IMG/VR virus record: IMGVR_UViG_3300021979_000004
Coordinates: 153,983-217,982 of that record
Reading direction: 5' to 3' (one strand)
Length of the DNA stretch: 64,000 nt
Source of the DNA: a virus
Lineage: Duplodnaviria > Caudoviricetes
Position 1 is the stretch's first letter; each line of letters opens with the position of its first letter. A program made the position numbers and the translations under genes. Under the pieces are notes generated by a model, which searched no databases, was not told where the DNA came from, and was given only the letters and a program-made list of their open reading frames with translations. Below are positions 45,083 to 53,864 of this stretch, in pieces.

Positions 45083-45878
45083 AGTTCTCTTTCATATACT
45101 TAGACACTCTTTTTATAGCTTGGTTTTCAAGCTGACGAATTCTCTCAGCAGATACTTTATACACTTCAGACAAGTCAGCCAACGAGCATGTTTCCTCGTC
45201 CAACCATCTTTTCGAGAGAATGTCCTTTTCTCTTTCATTGAGTGTTTCAATGGCTTCATAAAGAGCCGTAGTAGAAACATACTCAAAGTTTGAGCTTTCA
45301 ATAATATCTTCTGGACTACCGATAGGATTCTCAAGATCGTGAATATAACCACTATCAAAATCATCTTGTGTCGTAGTTCCCGTTGAAAGAATTGGATCAT
45401 AGCCAGTAGTGATCCTTCCAATGGCATCTTTTGCTTTTTCCAATGTCATATCATAATCACTGGCAAACTTTTTAATACTTTTCTCAGAAAGGTTCCCCTT
45501 TCCATCACGATAGCGATTAATATTAAAAAATGCTTTCTTGTGATTCTTGGTAGTAATAGTTCTAACAATACCATTATTTTTAAAAACATACTCTAGCATT
45601 GCATTCTTTACATAAGGCGTGATAAACGTGGCAAGCGTGTATCCGGTAGACACATCATATTTCGATAGATTTCTAATGAACCCTATCACACCTTCCTGAA
45701 TCATATCATCAGTATCCATCTTGTAACCGCGCAAGCTTTTTTCTACATTCGCGATTAACGGCATGTATGATTCTACAATTTTCTGTTCTGAAACTTTATT
45801 ACCTGTTTCAATAAAGTCTTTAATTAGTTCAACTTCTTTCTCTTTAGAAAGATAGTTCTGATTACTATCAGTCGTCAT
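45072..45878 (-). CDS. rpoH: RNA polymerase sigma factor, RpoH (sigma32)-like
   Basis: Region 2 DMIQEGVIG...YD...G..LATF..YVKNAMLEYV; RpoH-box-like IVRTITTKNHKKAFFN; region 4 LNEREKDILSKRWL...LADL...YKVSAERIRQLE; AGGAGG RBS. Confidence 0.85.
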   Translation of the reverse strand: MTTDSNQNYLSKEKEVELIKDFIETGNKVSEQKIVESYMPLIANVEKSLRGYKMDTDDMIQEGVIGFIRNLSKYDVSTGYTLATFITPYVKNAMLEYVFKNNGIVRTITTKNHKKAFFNINRYRDGKGNLSEKSIKKFASDYDMTLEKAKDAIGRITTGYDPILSTGTTTQDDFDSGYIHDLENPIGSPEDIIESSNFEYVSTTALYEAIETLNEREKDILSKRWLDEETCSLADLSEVYKVSAERIRQLENQAIKRVSKYMKENYEF

Positions 45879-45898
45879 TAATTTAAAACCTCCTGAGA

Positions 45899-46057
45899 TT
45901 ATAAATCTTTTGAGTCTTCTAAAAACTTTCTCACTTTAGGGTCTTGTAAGTAGTTACTTGATTTTCTATTAGCAACACCATTACCTGTAATAGTGTACCT
46001 TATTTTGAACTTCCTTTGAAGAAGCCTTTTAAAAATCTTTTTGTACATTCTTTCCAT
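45899..46057 (-). CDS. Small basic protein (52 aa), not in the ORF track
   Basis: Own translation MERMYKKIFKRLLQRKFKIRYTITGNG...; AGGT RBS; overlaps the upstream small gene. Confidence 0.35.
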   Translation of the reverse strand: MERMYKKIFKRLLQRKFKIRYTITGNGVANRKSSNYLQDPKVRKFLEDSKDL

Positions 46058-46155
46058 GTTTCACCTGTTTCCGCTTTAGTCACAGCTATAATAAATCCTA
46101 AAGCTATTATCACGCAAGCTACAATACCACCTATAAGCGCAATTATCCACCACAT
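46000..46155 (-). CDS. Small single-TM protein (51 aa), not in the ORF track
   Basis: Own translation MWWIIALIGGIVACVIIALGFIIAVTKAETGE...; GGAGG RBS. Confidence 0.55.
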   Translation of the reverse strand: MWWIIALIGGIVACVIIALGFIIAVTKAETGETWKECTKRFLKGFFKGSSK

Positions 46156-46211
46156 ATTTATAACCTCCATACTACGTAATGATCAACTTCATCACTACGT
46201 ATTTATACTTA

Positions 46212-46541
46212 CTATTTCCCTTCTAGGATAGATAATGCAGATTCTAGAAGAGAGACATCACTTTCTTCAGAAAGTTCCTTTACTTTTTTAAATGCATTGG
46301 GGAACTTTTCTTTAAGCTCAGCATCACGCAATTCTAAAATTACAGAATACTGTTCGATAAGAATTTCTCCATTATCACCATCACCACCAACATTCCAATC
46401 AAAGAAATCGTCATACTCTTCAAAATCTAGGCTAAACAATTCTCTCAAGCTTTGATTAGCTTCAGGATGATGATCTGTTCCTTGTTCCCACCGACCTTCT
46501 AAAACGACACCATATTTTTCACAATCTTCTTTGAATGACAT
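46212..46541 (-). CDS. Hypothetical acidic protein (start moved to MSFKED)
   Basis: GGGAG RBS before ATG 46541, adjacent to the upstream stop. Confidence 0.55.
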   Translation of the reverse strand: MSFKEDCEKYGVVLEGRWEQGTDHHPEANQSLRELFSLDFEEYDDFFDWNVGGDGDNGEILIEQYSVILELRDAELKEKFPNAFKKVKELSEESDVSLLESALSILEGK

Positions 46542-46542
46542 A

Positions 46543-47217
46543 TCACTTCTCCCATAGTTTAATAACTTTAATTTTCTTGTCTGGATAGTTATGTAAAACA
46601 TCCAGCATACGGTTATTGCCATCAACCAACTTTAATTCGTCACGCACAACGCATACAGGGATTTTAGTATCGATTTCACGTGGATACTGTGTGTCACTTT
46701 TACGGACGAATCCATTTTCAGTGAATCGCGTAATAACATCTTTCTTATCCACTGTAATTACTTCTGCCGTATCGCAGTCTTTAATGGTATCTGCCGTGAA
46801 ATTATATTCAAGGTTTAGTACATAAAGAACCTTATCAAGATCACTATCCATTTCAATCATTTCTTTGATACGATTTTCTAGCAGATCATCATTATTAAAT
46901 GTGCAGGGACCAAGCTCTTCACCATAGTATCCACCACAGACATCAATGTCCCAATTATCTTTTTCATAAACACCGGTATATACTTTGATTCGGTCGATAC
47001 AATAAAGTTCAATGTCACTTGGCTTATATTTAACCCAACGACCATTCTTACCACTATCTTCTTTAATAGTAATATAGGGGTCTGATACGCTTTCTATTTC
47101 GACGTTAGTTATGGTGCTGCAACGACAAATAGAATCACAACCGTTCGCTTCACAGTTGCGATACGTATCATAGTCGGCATCAACACACCATCGATAATTT
47201 CCGCTTACTTCAATCAT
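46543..47217 (-). CDS. Hypothetical protein, Cys-rich N-terminus, possible ParB/Srx-like C-terminus
   Basis: CEANGCDSICRC cluster; C-terminal IPVCVV....LVDGNNR. Confidence 0.45.
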   Translation of the reverse strand: MIEVSGNYRWCVDADYDTYRNCEANGCDSICRCSTITNVEIESVSDPYITIKEDSGKNGRWVKYKPSDIELYCIDRIKVYTGVYEKDNWDIDVCGGYYGEELGPCTFNNDDLLENRIKEMIEMDSDLDKVLYVLNLEYNFTADTIKDCDTAEVITVDKKDVITRFTENGFVRKSDTQYPREIDTKIPVCVVRDELKLVDGNNRMLDVLHNYPDKKIKVIKLWEK

Positions 47218-47220
47218 TAT

Positions 47221-47511
47221 TCACCTTTTCAATTTCCAATCTTTATCACTGGTTGGGCCTTTATTAGGTCTTCGTGCTTGTTGGCTCGTGACTTCAATTA
47301 CAGGGTTTTTACTTAACAAGGTATCTAGCCTTTCTTTAAAAGGGTCATCCATAACATTAATATGTTGGTGAGCCAAGTCTTCGTCAGTGCACATTACGTT
47401 AAAACCATGAGCAGAAAGAATTTCAGTAATAAGACCACACATCGTGGTCTTACCTTTACCAGCACTTGCAACGACTACAACTTTGATATCACTTTCATCT
47501 TCATTGCTCAT
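47221..47511 (-). CDS. Small protein with P-loop-like motif
   Basis: VVVVASAGKGKTT; start moved to MSNEDE (GAGG RBS). Confidence 0.45.
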   Translation of the reverse strand: MSNEDESDIKVVVVASAGKGKTTMCGLITEILSAHGFNVMCTDEDLAHQHINVMDDPFKERLDTLLSKNPVIEVTSQQARRPNKGPTSDKDWKLKR

Positions 47512-47519
47512 TGTATGCC

Positions 47520-48503
47520 TCACTTATAACGGTTCATGAACCAGAGACGAGACTTATTGGTAATGTGCTTGGATACATTTTTCCACTCAAGGTTAGATGC
47601 CTCAAGCTCATCACCAGACTCTTTCTTAATATCCTGACCCATCCATTTAAGGAAGTCACCCATCTTGCTCATATCCATTTCGTCTTCACCACCAAGTTCA
47701 CTTACAGCTTGCTCAAGACGCGGCTCAGTAACGAAACGATCTACGAAGTCAAGGACATCTTTACTTGCTTCGGCCTTAGTAACAACAGACTTTGAAGACT
47801 TGTTTACAGTGTGGGTTTCAGTCTTAATCTTGAAAGACCAGTTGTAAAAATCTTCATACTCAGTAGTATGTGGAGTTACAACAAATCCTTCACCCGGACC
47901 TTCGACACCAAACACATCCCTGACCCAAGTATCAACCTTTTCATACTCAGCAATCTTCTCATTGAGAGTATCAGCAACTTGCTGAATTTCATCTTCAGTA
48001 CCGTTGAAGTTGATATCAATGGTATCGATAGTATCAATTACAACAATATCAGGGTGATCAGAAAGACCAGCAGCCTCAACAACATTACGAACGTCGCTAG
48101 TATCAGTCTTGACACTTACCGGAGTTTCACCGTCAGAGGCAAATACTACCGCAGCAAATGGTGCGAAAATTTTACGATCAATTTTGGTAATTGCATCTTT
48201 ACTTTGAATGCCTTGACCAGCCCACTCACCATAAAGAACAACAACTTTACCGGAGTCGTTATAGATACTGGTGTCAAGGGAGTCAACAAATTTTGCAAAG
48301 CCCATGTTGTCACTATCAACATTAATGACCCGCTTGCGAGACTGTGCGTAAACACCTTCGGTTGGATGATACACAATACCTGCGTTAGTGCCGTGAAGCT
48401 TAGGTTTGATATTGAAAGTACGCTTTCCTGCGAAATACTTTTTACCGGCCTTTACCTTGTGATGAAAAGACTCGATAGATGGGAACTTGTAAAATTGTTT
48501 CAT
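47520..48503 (-). CDS. rnlB: RNA ligase, Rnl2 family
   Basis: KFPSIE, adenylation motif KLHGTN, LYGEWAG.GIQ, GEGFV, FKIK; C-terminal RL..A.SE...K.G. Confidence 0.85.
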   Translation of the reverse strand: MKQFYKFPSIESFHHKVKAGKKYFAGKRTFNIKPKLHGTNAGIVYHPTEGVYAQSRKRVINVDSDNMGFAKFVDSLDTSIYNDSGKVVVLYGEWAGQGIQSKDAITKIDRKIFAPFAAVVFASDGETPVSVKTDTSDVRNVVEAAGLSDHPDIVVIDTIDTIDINFNGTEDEIQQVADTLNEKIAEYEKVDTWVRDVFGVEGPGEGFVVTPHTTEYEDFYNWSFKIKTETHTVNKSSKSVVTKAEASKDVLDFVDRFVTEPRLEQAVSELGGEDEMDMSKMGDFLKWMGQDIKKESGDELEASNLEWKNVSKHITNKSRLWFMNRYK

Positions 48504-48517
48504 ACACCACCTCTTGG

Positions 48518-48727
48518 TTATCTACGTGTGAGACTTATATTACCATTAGCTAAACCATAAATCAATACAAAAAACCAAAAAATACTTAACAATATACAAA
48601 GAAGCCTATTGCTAAGTGTTACATCAAGAAATGATCTTAGTACTGCATAAAAAAGTAAAGCGCCCAACAAGTAAAAGAAAAATGCTAGAGCGCCAACTAG
48701 TAAAACCAATAAAATACTTACTTCCAT
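48518..48727 (-). CDS. Small membrane protein
   Basis: Two hydrophobic helices. Confidence 0.55.
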   Translation of the reverse strand: MEVSILLVLLVGALAFFFYLLGALLFYAVLRSFLDVTLSNRLLCILLSIFWFFVLIYGLANGNISLTRR

Positions 48728-48732
48728 AACCG

Positions 48733-49398
48733 CTATAGACTGCTATCTGAATGCTCCATTGGGGTATTGCAACGAGGGCAATGAACATAACCACGGAACC
48801 AGTGGTCAGTACCATCTTCAGTAGCACAGCTACCACTATCTGTCAGTTCAAAACGATCATCATCATCAAACTCGCAAAATGAATCTGCATACCCACAACA
48901 TGTGAAATCTTTACGATACGTATATTCAATAAACTTAGCAAAATGAATAAACGGACGCTGTAGTAATTTATACTTAATAGGATTGCGCCATGTTTTTGAA
49001 ACACTATAGTTCCAGTTGCAAACCAAATGTGAGTTTTTCCAAAAGTAATTTTTAAGCCCTGATACTGGATAGCTCATAAAAATATAGAATGGATTATTCC
49101 AGCGGTACGCTTTGTTCATGAAAATGAAGCTATAATACTGGAACTCTGGATGTTCTACATGGTCTGGCAAAAGAGCTTTAAAAATTGATGTACGGTATGG
49201 CCTTGAATTGGATGATCTACGAATAAAATGTTGAAAAGGTCGCCAGATAAATTTCCCATAAACACGCCAAAGACGTGTAGAAATGGTATCTTCATACTTA
49301 CGCTTAGGCTTTTCGGGATTGCGAAACATCATTGTTTTATGTTTTTCTTGACGAAAAGAAAAGAAAGTAAATTTTTTCTCAGCAGTTTCTTGATACAT
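48733..49398 (-). CDS. Hypothetical protein with C-terminal Cys cluster
   Basis: CCG..C ... HCPRC. Confidence 0.5.
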   Translation of the reverse strand: MYQETAEKKFTFFSFRQEKHKTMMFRNPEKPKRKYEDTISTRLWRVYGKFIWRPFQHFIRRSSNSRPYRTSIFKALLPDHVEHPEFQYYSFIFMNKAYRWNNPFYIFMSYPVSGLKNYFWKNSHLVCNWNYSVSKTWRNPIKYKLLQRPFIHFAKFIEYTYRKDFTCCGYADSFCEFDDDDRFELTDSGSCATEDGTDHWFRGYVHCPRCNTPMEHSDSSL

Positions 49399-49401
49399 AT
49401 A

Positions 49402-50484
49402 TCACCTTTTGGCATGTGTGTTGATTTTTTCTACCATACTATAAAATCTTTCCCCTAATGGATCAATAGGAGTTAGGTAAACTTCATCAGGAAGTATATC
49501 TTTAACCTTAAGAAAGTTCAATACAATTTCAGGATTTTTTGTTCTGATGGTTATATTGTACTGATATCCATCAAGGTTCTCTATCATATCTTCAACCGTT
49601 TCTTTATTTCTACCGTACACGTTCAACGCAATATCGGTAACTTCATATTCAGAAGATTCAACCGCCCCAATCTTTTTATACGGAACATCAGTACGGAATG
49701 AAATTTCAGCCAACCCATGGATAGATGGATCAATTAAATTTTTATACAAAATACTAACTGGATAATTAAACTTATATTTCCTGTCCGTGACTTCAATAAT
49801 GTGCTTTCTATTAATGAAGTTATTTAATATTTTATCACTATATTGAATATAACAAGTCAGTGAGTCTTTATACTCATCCTTTAAAATAGTATCCATGTAG
49901 CTTATATATTCGTTTGTGAATGGCACAATGATACCAATAGCAAGATAACTAGTGTGCACATTGTACAATCCTCGTAGGGTTACTAAGATATTTTTATCAT
50001 TCACAAATTCTTCAGTTAGTTGATTCTCAAGGTGATTCAAGTGATAATGGATATCAATCGACTCAGCCATATCATGTACGTCTTTAGGCAACTCAAGATC
50101 ATTTACAATAAGCTTGTTTCTTAGAAGTCCGTACCATTCGTTAGGGCTTTCAATATTCTTTTTCTTGTCACGGTAGTACTCATAGTCTTCATTTGCGAGA
50201 GAACGAATGTTAACTACGATCACTTCATTAGTGACCTTACTAAAGAACTTGTAAAGTTTTGGATACTTACTCTCTACTGAATAGTGGATAAGGATAAACC
50301 AAAATAGACGCGCAAGAACGTAACGGTATTCTTTTGAGTCACGATCTTTTGCATCTATATTGTAAGCATTAAAAAAATCTTCAACAAGTTTATATTCATC
50401 ACATTGCATGATTTCCAGAGGGGTAGAAACGACTTCAGATTCATAGTTGTTGAAGATTTCTACATTATTATTTTTATGGGACAT
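49402..50484 (-). CDS. Hypothetical protein
   Basis: 360-aa ORF in operon. Confidence 0.55.
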   Translation of the reverse strand: MSHKNNNVEIFNNYESEVVSTPLEIMQCDEYKLVEDFFNAYNIDAKDRDSKEYRYVLARLFWFILIHYSVESKYPKLYKFFSKVTNEVIVVNIRSLANEDYEYYRDKKKNIESPNEWYGLLRNKLIVNDLELPKDVHDMAESIDIHYHLNHLENQLTEEFVNDKNILVTLRGLYNVHTSYLAIGIIVPFTNEYISYMDTILKDEYKDSLTCYIQYSDKILNNFINRKHIIEVTDRKYKFNYPVSILYKNLIDPSIHGLAEISFRTDVPYKKIGAVESSEYEVTDIALNVYGRNKETVEDMIENLDGYQYNITIRTKNPEIVLNFLKVKDILPDEVYLTPIDPLGERFYSMVEKINTHAKR

Positions 50485-50485
50485 A

Positions 50486-50686
50486 TCACCTTCTTGTAAT
50501 TCGAAAAGTCTTCTTAATATACTTCAGTGCCCACGCATCAATAACAAAAGATGCCAATACTAGGAACGCAAACAACGGTGCGTAAGCTGTGCTAAATCCA
50601 CCCAACCAGTAAATGACAAAAAACCAAATAGCCATTTCAACAAATGGTACAAGGGTAAGAAGAGCATCTTTAACATAAATGTTCAT
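50486..50686 (-). CDS. Small membrane protein
   Basis: Two hydrophobic helices; GGAG RBS. Confidence 0.55.
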   Translation of the reverse strand: MNIYVKDALLTLVPFVEMAIWFFVIYWLGGFSTAYAPLFAFLVLASFVIDAWALKYIKKTFRITRR

Positions 50687-50719
50687 AGAAATATCTCCAA
50701 CTGAAATTATACTTACAGT

Positions 50720-51112
50720 TTACATGAGTTTTTCTAACTTTTCAATAGCATCAGAAATATATTGCTGACGTATACGTATTTTTTGTAATATATCCTTTGC
50801 TGCTTCCTCTTTGTTTTTCATTCCAGACAGATCGAATTCATCATCTTCTGAAAAAATATGCTTCAGCAATTCTATTACTTCGTTCTGCTTTTTATACGTT
50901 TCTTCATAATGTCTGACGTTTTGTACAGACATGTTATCTATTTCCATACGACATTCCAGTGAAATACGTGAAGCACGACGTGCCTCATTGTACATCACCT
51001 CATAGAGCTTTCTGTCTCTCTCGTCTTTGTTTTTAAGATGTCTAGAAACGTGAATACCTAATAGTATCACGCAGACCAAAGTTATAAGACCTATTATTAG
51101 CGCTGGCTCCAA
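50720..51112 (-). CDS. Membrane-anchored coiled-coil protein
   Basis: N-terminal TM helix then helical region. Confidence 0.5.
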   Translation of the reverse strand: MEPALIIGLITLVCVILLGIHVSRHLKNKDERDRKLYEVMYNEARRASRISLECRMEIDNMSVQNVRHYEETYKKQNEVIELLKHIFSEDDEFDLSGMKNKEEAAKDILQKIRIRQQYISDAIEKLEKLM

Positions 51113-51822
51113 ACCTCTTCCCCAAAAAAATATTTTATAAACATAGAAATTTCTTTCTTAACATCGAAAACATCAAATTTTTTCTTATTTATTTCCAATT
51201 CTATACGAACGATGTTGTCTGTAAATCCTTTAAGCTTAATATAATTAGTATATTTCAGCATATCATAGATATTTATCGTGTCTCGTTCATCAAGGTATAA
51301 GTGGGTTCCAACTGGACTTGTAAATGAAAATTGAAGATCATTATCAGTCACAAACTTTTCATGCATCTTCTTTAAATTTCCATAATCCATATCCCCCGGT
51401 TGATCTATAAGATACACCACAGCAACTTTATTTTTATCATAGCTCTTACTGACAAGTGATGGTACAACCATCAAAAGTTCTTGTATACTACTCCCAGATA
51501 AGTAATTAAAAATCTGATTTAGGGTTTCATAAAAATATAACTTTTGCGCCACCTCATCAGGATATGGCATACTATTAAAAATATTTCTATGTAAAGAAAT
51601 AGGTAATAGAATTTCATTGCAGATTTCTATAGTTGTGAATAGGTCATCTTTATGACATGTAACGACCTGATCATTCTCTATATATACAACATCATTAACA
51701 TTTGGATATTCAGATACATAAGCGACTGGAATGAATAGTACATTATCGAATTCAGTTAGCTTTAAAATTTCATCGATGTTGAGTTTTAGGTTTAGCTCAT
51801 CATTCTTCATTATAATTTCCAA
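51097..51822 (-). CDS. Hypothetical protein
   Basis: 241-aa ORF in operon. Confidence 0.5.
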   Translation of the reverse strand: MEIIMKNDELNLKLNIDEILKLTEFDNVLFIPVAYVSEYPNVNDVVYIENDQVVTCHKDDLFTTIEICNEILLPISLHRNIFNSMPYPDEVAQKLYFYETLNQIFNYLSGSSIQELLMVVPSLVSKSYDKNKVAVVYLIDQPGDMDYGNLKKMHEKFVTDNDLQFSFTSPVGTHLYLDERDTINIYDMLKYTNYIKLKGFTDNIVRIELEINKKKFDVFDVKKEISMFIKYFFGEEVWSQR

Positions 51823-52468
51823 CGTCTAATGCCCATTTGCAGCTTTTTAATTCTTCGATGATGGTGGACATGTTAATGGTTATTGACCTAAGATAAAAAT
51901 CTTTAGCAATAAGCTTCATTTTGTTAATAGATGAATTATCTATATCATTTAGTATTATGTTATATGTCTTTTCTTTAGAAATGCTATAGAACTCAACCTG
52001 ACTAGGCATAGAACAAAATTTACTATGAATATAAGCATCAGGGTTGTGCTTATAGGATGAAAAATGCTGCGAGACGATTTGATCAATATAATTGCTAAAA
52101 TTGATAACCAATGTCAACTTAGACTCAGGGTACTCTTCTGAAACTATTTTCATAGTTTCTATCGGATCAATCATGTCATCGTCTTTGTAAATTTTATACC
52201 TATTATGCTTCATGAACGCACTATCATTTTTCTCACGAACAAGGGAAAAGTATATACCCATGAGCGACAGAGTGGCTAAATCAGAGCGAACAACAGGATC
52301 ATGATGGCTACCATCAAATGATACATTCCAATTATAGGTTTTTGCGGCTTCCAAAAGATTAACTAACAACATAAAAAAGCAGTGAGTGTTACCACTCACT
52401 GATTCCCATACGAGAAATGTTTTTCTTGATAAGCAGCTTATCATCAATAGTCTTGGCTGCTTTTTCAT
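51800..52468 (-). CDS. Hypothetical protein (true start probably near 52390)
   Basis: 5' end overlaps the Rnl1 gene. Confidence 0.45.
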   Translation of the reverse strand: MKKQPRLLMISCLSRKTFLVWESVSGNTHCFFMLLVNLLEAAKTYNWNVSFDGSHHDPVVRSDLATLSLMGIYFSLVREKNDSAFMKHNRYKIYKDDDMIDPIETMKIVSEEYPESKLTLVINFSNYIDQIVSQHFSSYKHNPDAYIHSKFCSMPSQVEFYSISKEKTYNIILNDIDNSSINKMKLIAKDFYLRSITINMSTIIEELKSCKWALDVGNYNEE

Positions 52469-53561
52469 GCGGAGTGTTCTTCAGCAGACTCGCATAACTA
52501 CTAGACATGAAGTGCTTAAAATCATGATCTTTTAGCTTAGTGAAGTATTCTGCATTAGACAGTTCCTTGTTTTCCTCGTAGAAGTTATGACCGTCTTCCA
52601 TAATTTGTGTATAAAGGCCATCACACTTGTTCAGAAGATCGTTAAAACGGTCCTCAAGAACCGGATTACCTTTGATCACAAGGAATACATCATCAGTATC
52701 ACCATTGATATAAGCTTCCCAGAAATGACGTGCAGTACTAAGGAAGTTTTCTTTGGTGTTGTGATGCATCACATACCACTCAGTTTTCATCTTCACTCGA
52801 AGTCCACATTCAGTCACCAGAACATATCCTTCAATATTGTCCTTAGATACCGCATCAGACCAATCCCAATTATCGATCTTTTCAACAACATATTCGCTGC
52901 CAAAATGATCAACCATTTCCTGATAGGAGAAGTATTCACCAGTGTTGTTGTGACGAACACCGGTAACAATCAGGCGATCTACGTCGTAGGTCAAAACAAT
53001 CTGATACTTCGGATTTGAAGAAATCATTTCGTAGATAACAGTGTAGTTCTGATCAGTCAGTTGCTTTGACTTATCGAACAGGGTTTGATCAGCTTTGATC
53101 ATATCCAATGCCATCCACTTGTAGTCTGAAGTCAAAGAAGAGTTTGACTTCATGTCAAGCTCACCATACCAATCAAACGCTGAAATGATAGAACCGTCAA
53201 GCTTATCCAGTGCATAAGCAACATTCAGATTGCGTACATCTTCAGAGCCACGAACATCAACACCATAAACGTTCTTAACGTTTTCAAACAGCGGTTGGTT
53301 GCCATCATAGTCATATTCGTGGGAATTAAGGAACTTTTCATACGGACGACAAACACATTGGACGAAGTTCATGTTTTCATCGACTTCAAAAACGGAACCA
53401 CGACACTCAAGTGCAGCTTGAGAATCAAAGTTAGCAGGGATGGTCAGGCTGTAATCAAATACAACAACATTACGTCCACGATACTCGTGGTGATTCATAA
53501 AGAACTTTTCTGAATGCTCAGTAAGCTCTTTCATTTGATTAAACAATGTTTCAATAGTCAT
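52389..53561 (-). CDS. rnlA: RNA ligase 1 (T4 RnlA family)
   Basis: LECRG..F, RPYEKF.N, adenylation motif KLDGS, T..YEM......IVL.Y, EGYV, KMKT.WY. Confidence 0.9.
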   Translation of the reverse strand: MTIETLFNQMKELTEHSEKFFMNHHEYRGRNVVVFDYSLTIPANFDSQAALECRGSVFEVDENMNFVQCVCRPYEKFLNSHEYDYDGNQPLFENVKNVYGVDVRGSEDVRNLNVAYALDKLDGSIISAFDWYGELDMKSNSSLTSDYKWMALDMIKADQTLFDKSKQLTDQNYTVIYEMISSNPKYQIVLTYDVDRLIVTGVRHNNTGEYFSYQEMVDHFGSEYVVEKIDNWDWSDAVSKDNIEGYVLVTECGLRVKMKTEWYVMHHNTKENFLSTARHFWEAYINGDTDDVFLVIKGNPVLEDRFNDLLNKCDGLYTQIMEDGHNFYEENKELSNAEYFTKLKDHDFKHFMSSSYASLLKNTPHEKAAKTIDDKLLIKKNISRMGISEW

Positions 53562-53584
53562 TATACGCCTCCATCATTTATTAC

Positions 53585-53613
53585 ATTATAAATGATTAAG
53601 ACAGAGGCGTCAA
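53585..53613 (-). promoter_or_regulatory. Sigma70-like promoter
   Basis: TTGACG-17-TATAAT upstream of rnlA. Confidence 0.7.
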
Positions 53614-53617
53614 TGCC

Positions 53618-53806
53618 TTATTCCATGATTGTAAGGATTTGGTTCAGAAAGCTTGCAACTTCCTCTTTAGAACCAAACTTTAGCTTGTCACCTAGTGAAA
53701 GCTCTAGACTTGCATCATCATTATACTTTTCTACTTTAGCAACACCAATAACATTGTTATCGCCATCAGTTAGAGAATATTCAGATGATATTTGCTTCAT
53801 TTCCAT
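53618..53806 (-). CDS. Small late protein
   Basis: GAGG RBS; TATAAATA at 53840-53847. Confidence 0.55.
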   Translation of the reverse strand: MEMKQISSEYSLTDGDNNVIGVAKVEKYNDDASLELSLGDKLKFGSKEEVASFLNQILTIME

Positions 53807-53864
53807 GATTTTAACCTCATTATCATTAAATGTCCTATGTATTTATAGGAAATTAACTTATAAG

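Noticed and set aside
46155-46162. TATAAATA on the minus strand
   Set aside because: It overlaps the start codon of the small TM gene and sits downstream of its RBS, so it is likely a chance match in AT-rich DNA.
47811-48560. 249-aa plus-strand ORF
   Set aside because: It lies antisense to the clear Rnl2 gene, has no RBS or motifs, and has the composition of a shadow frame.
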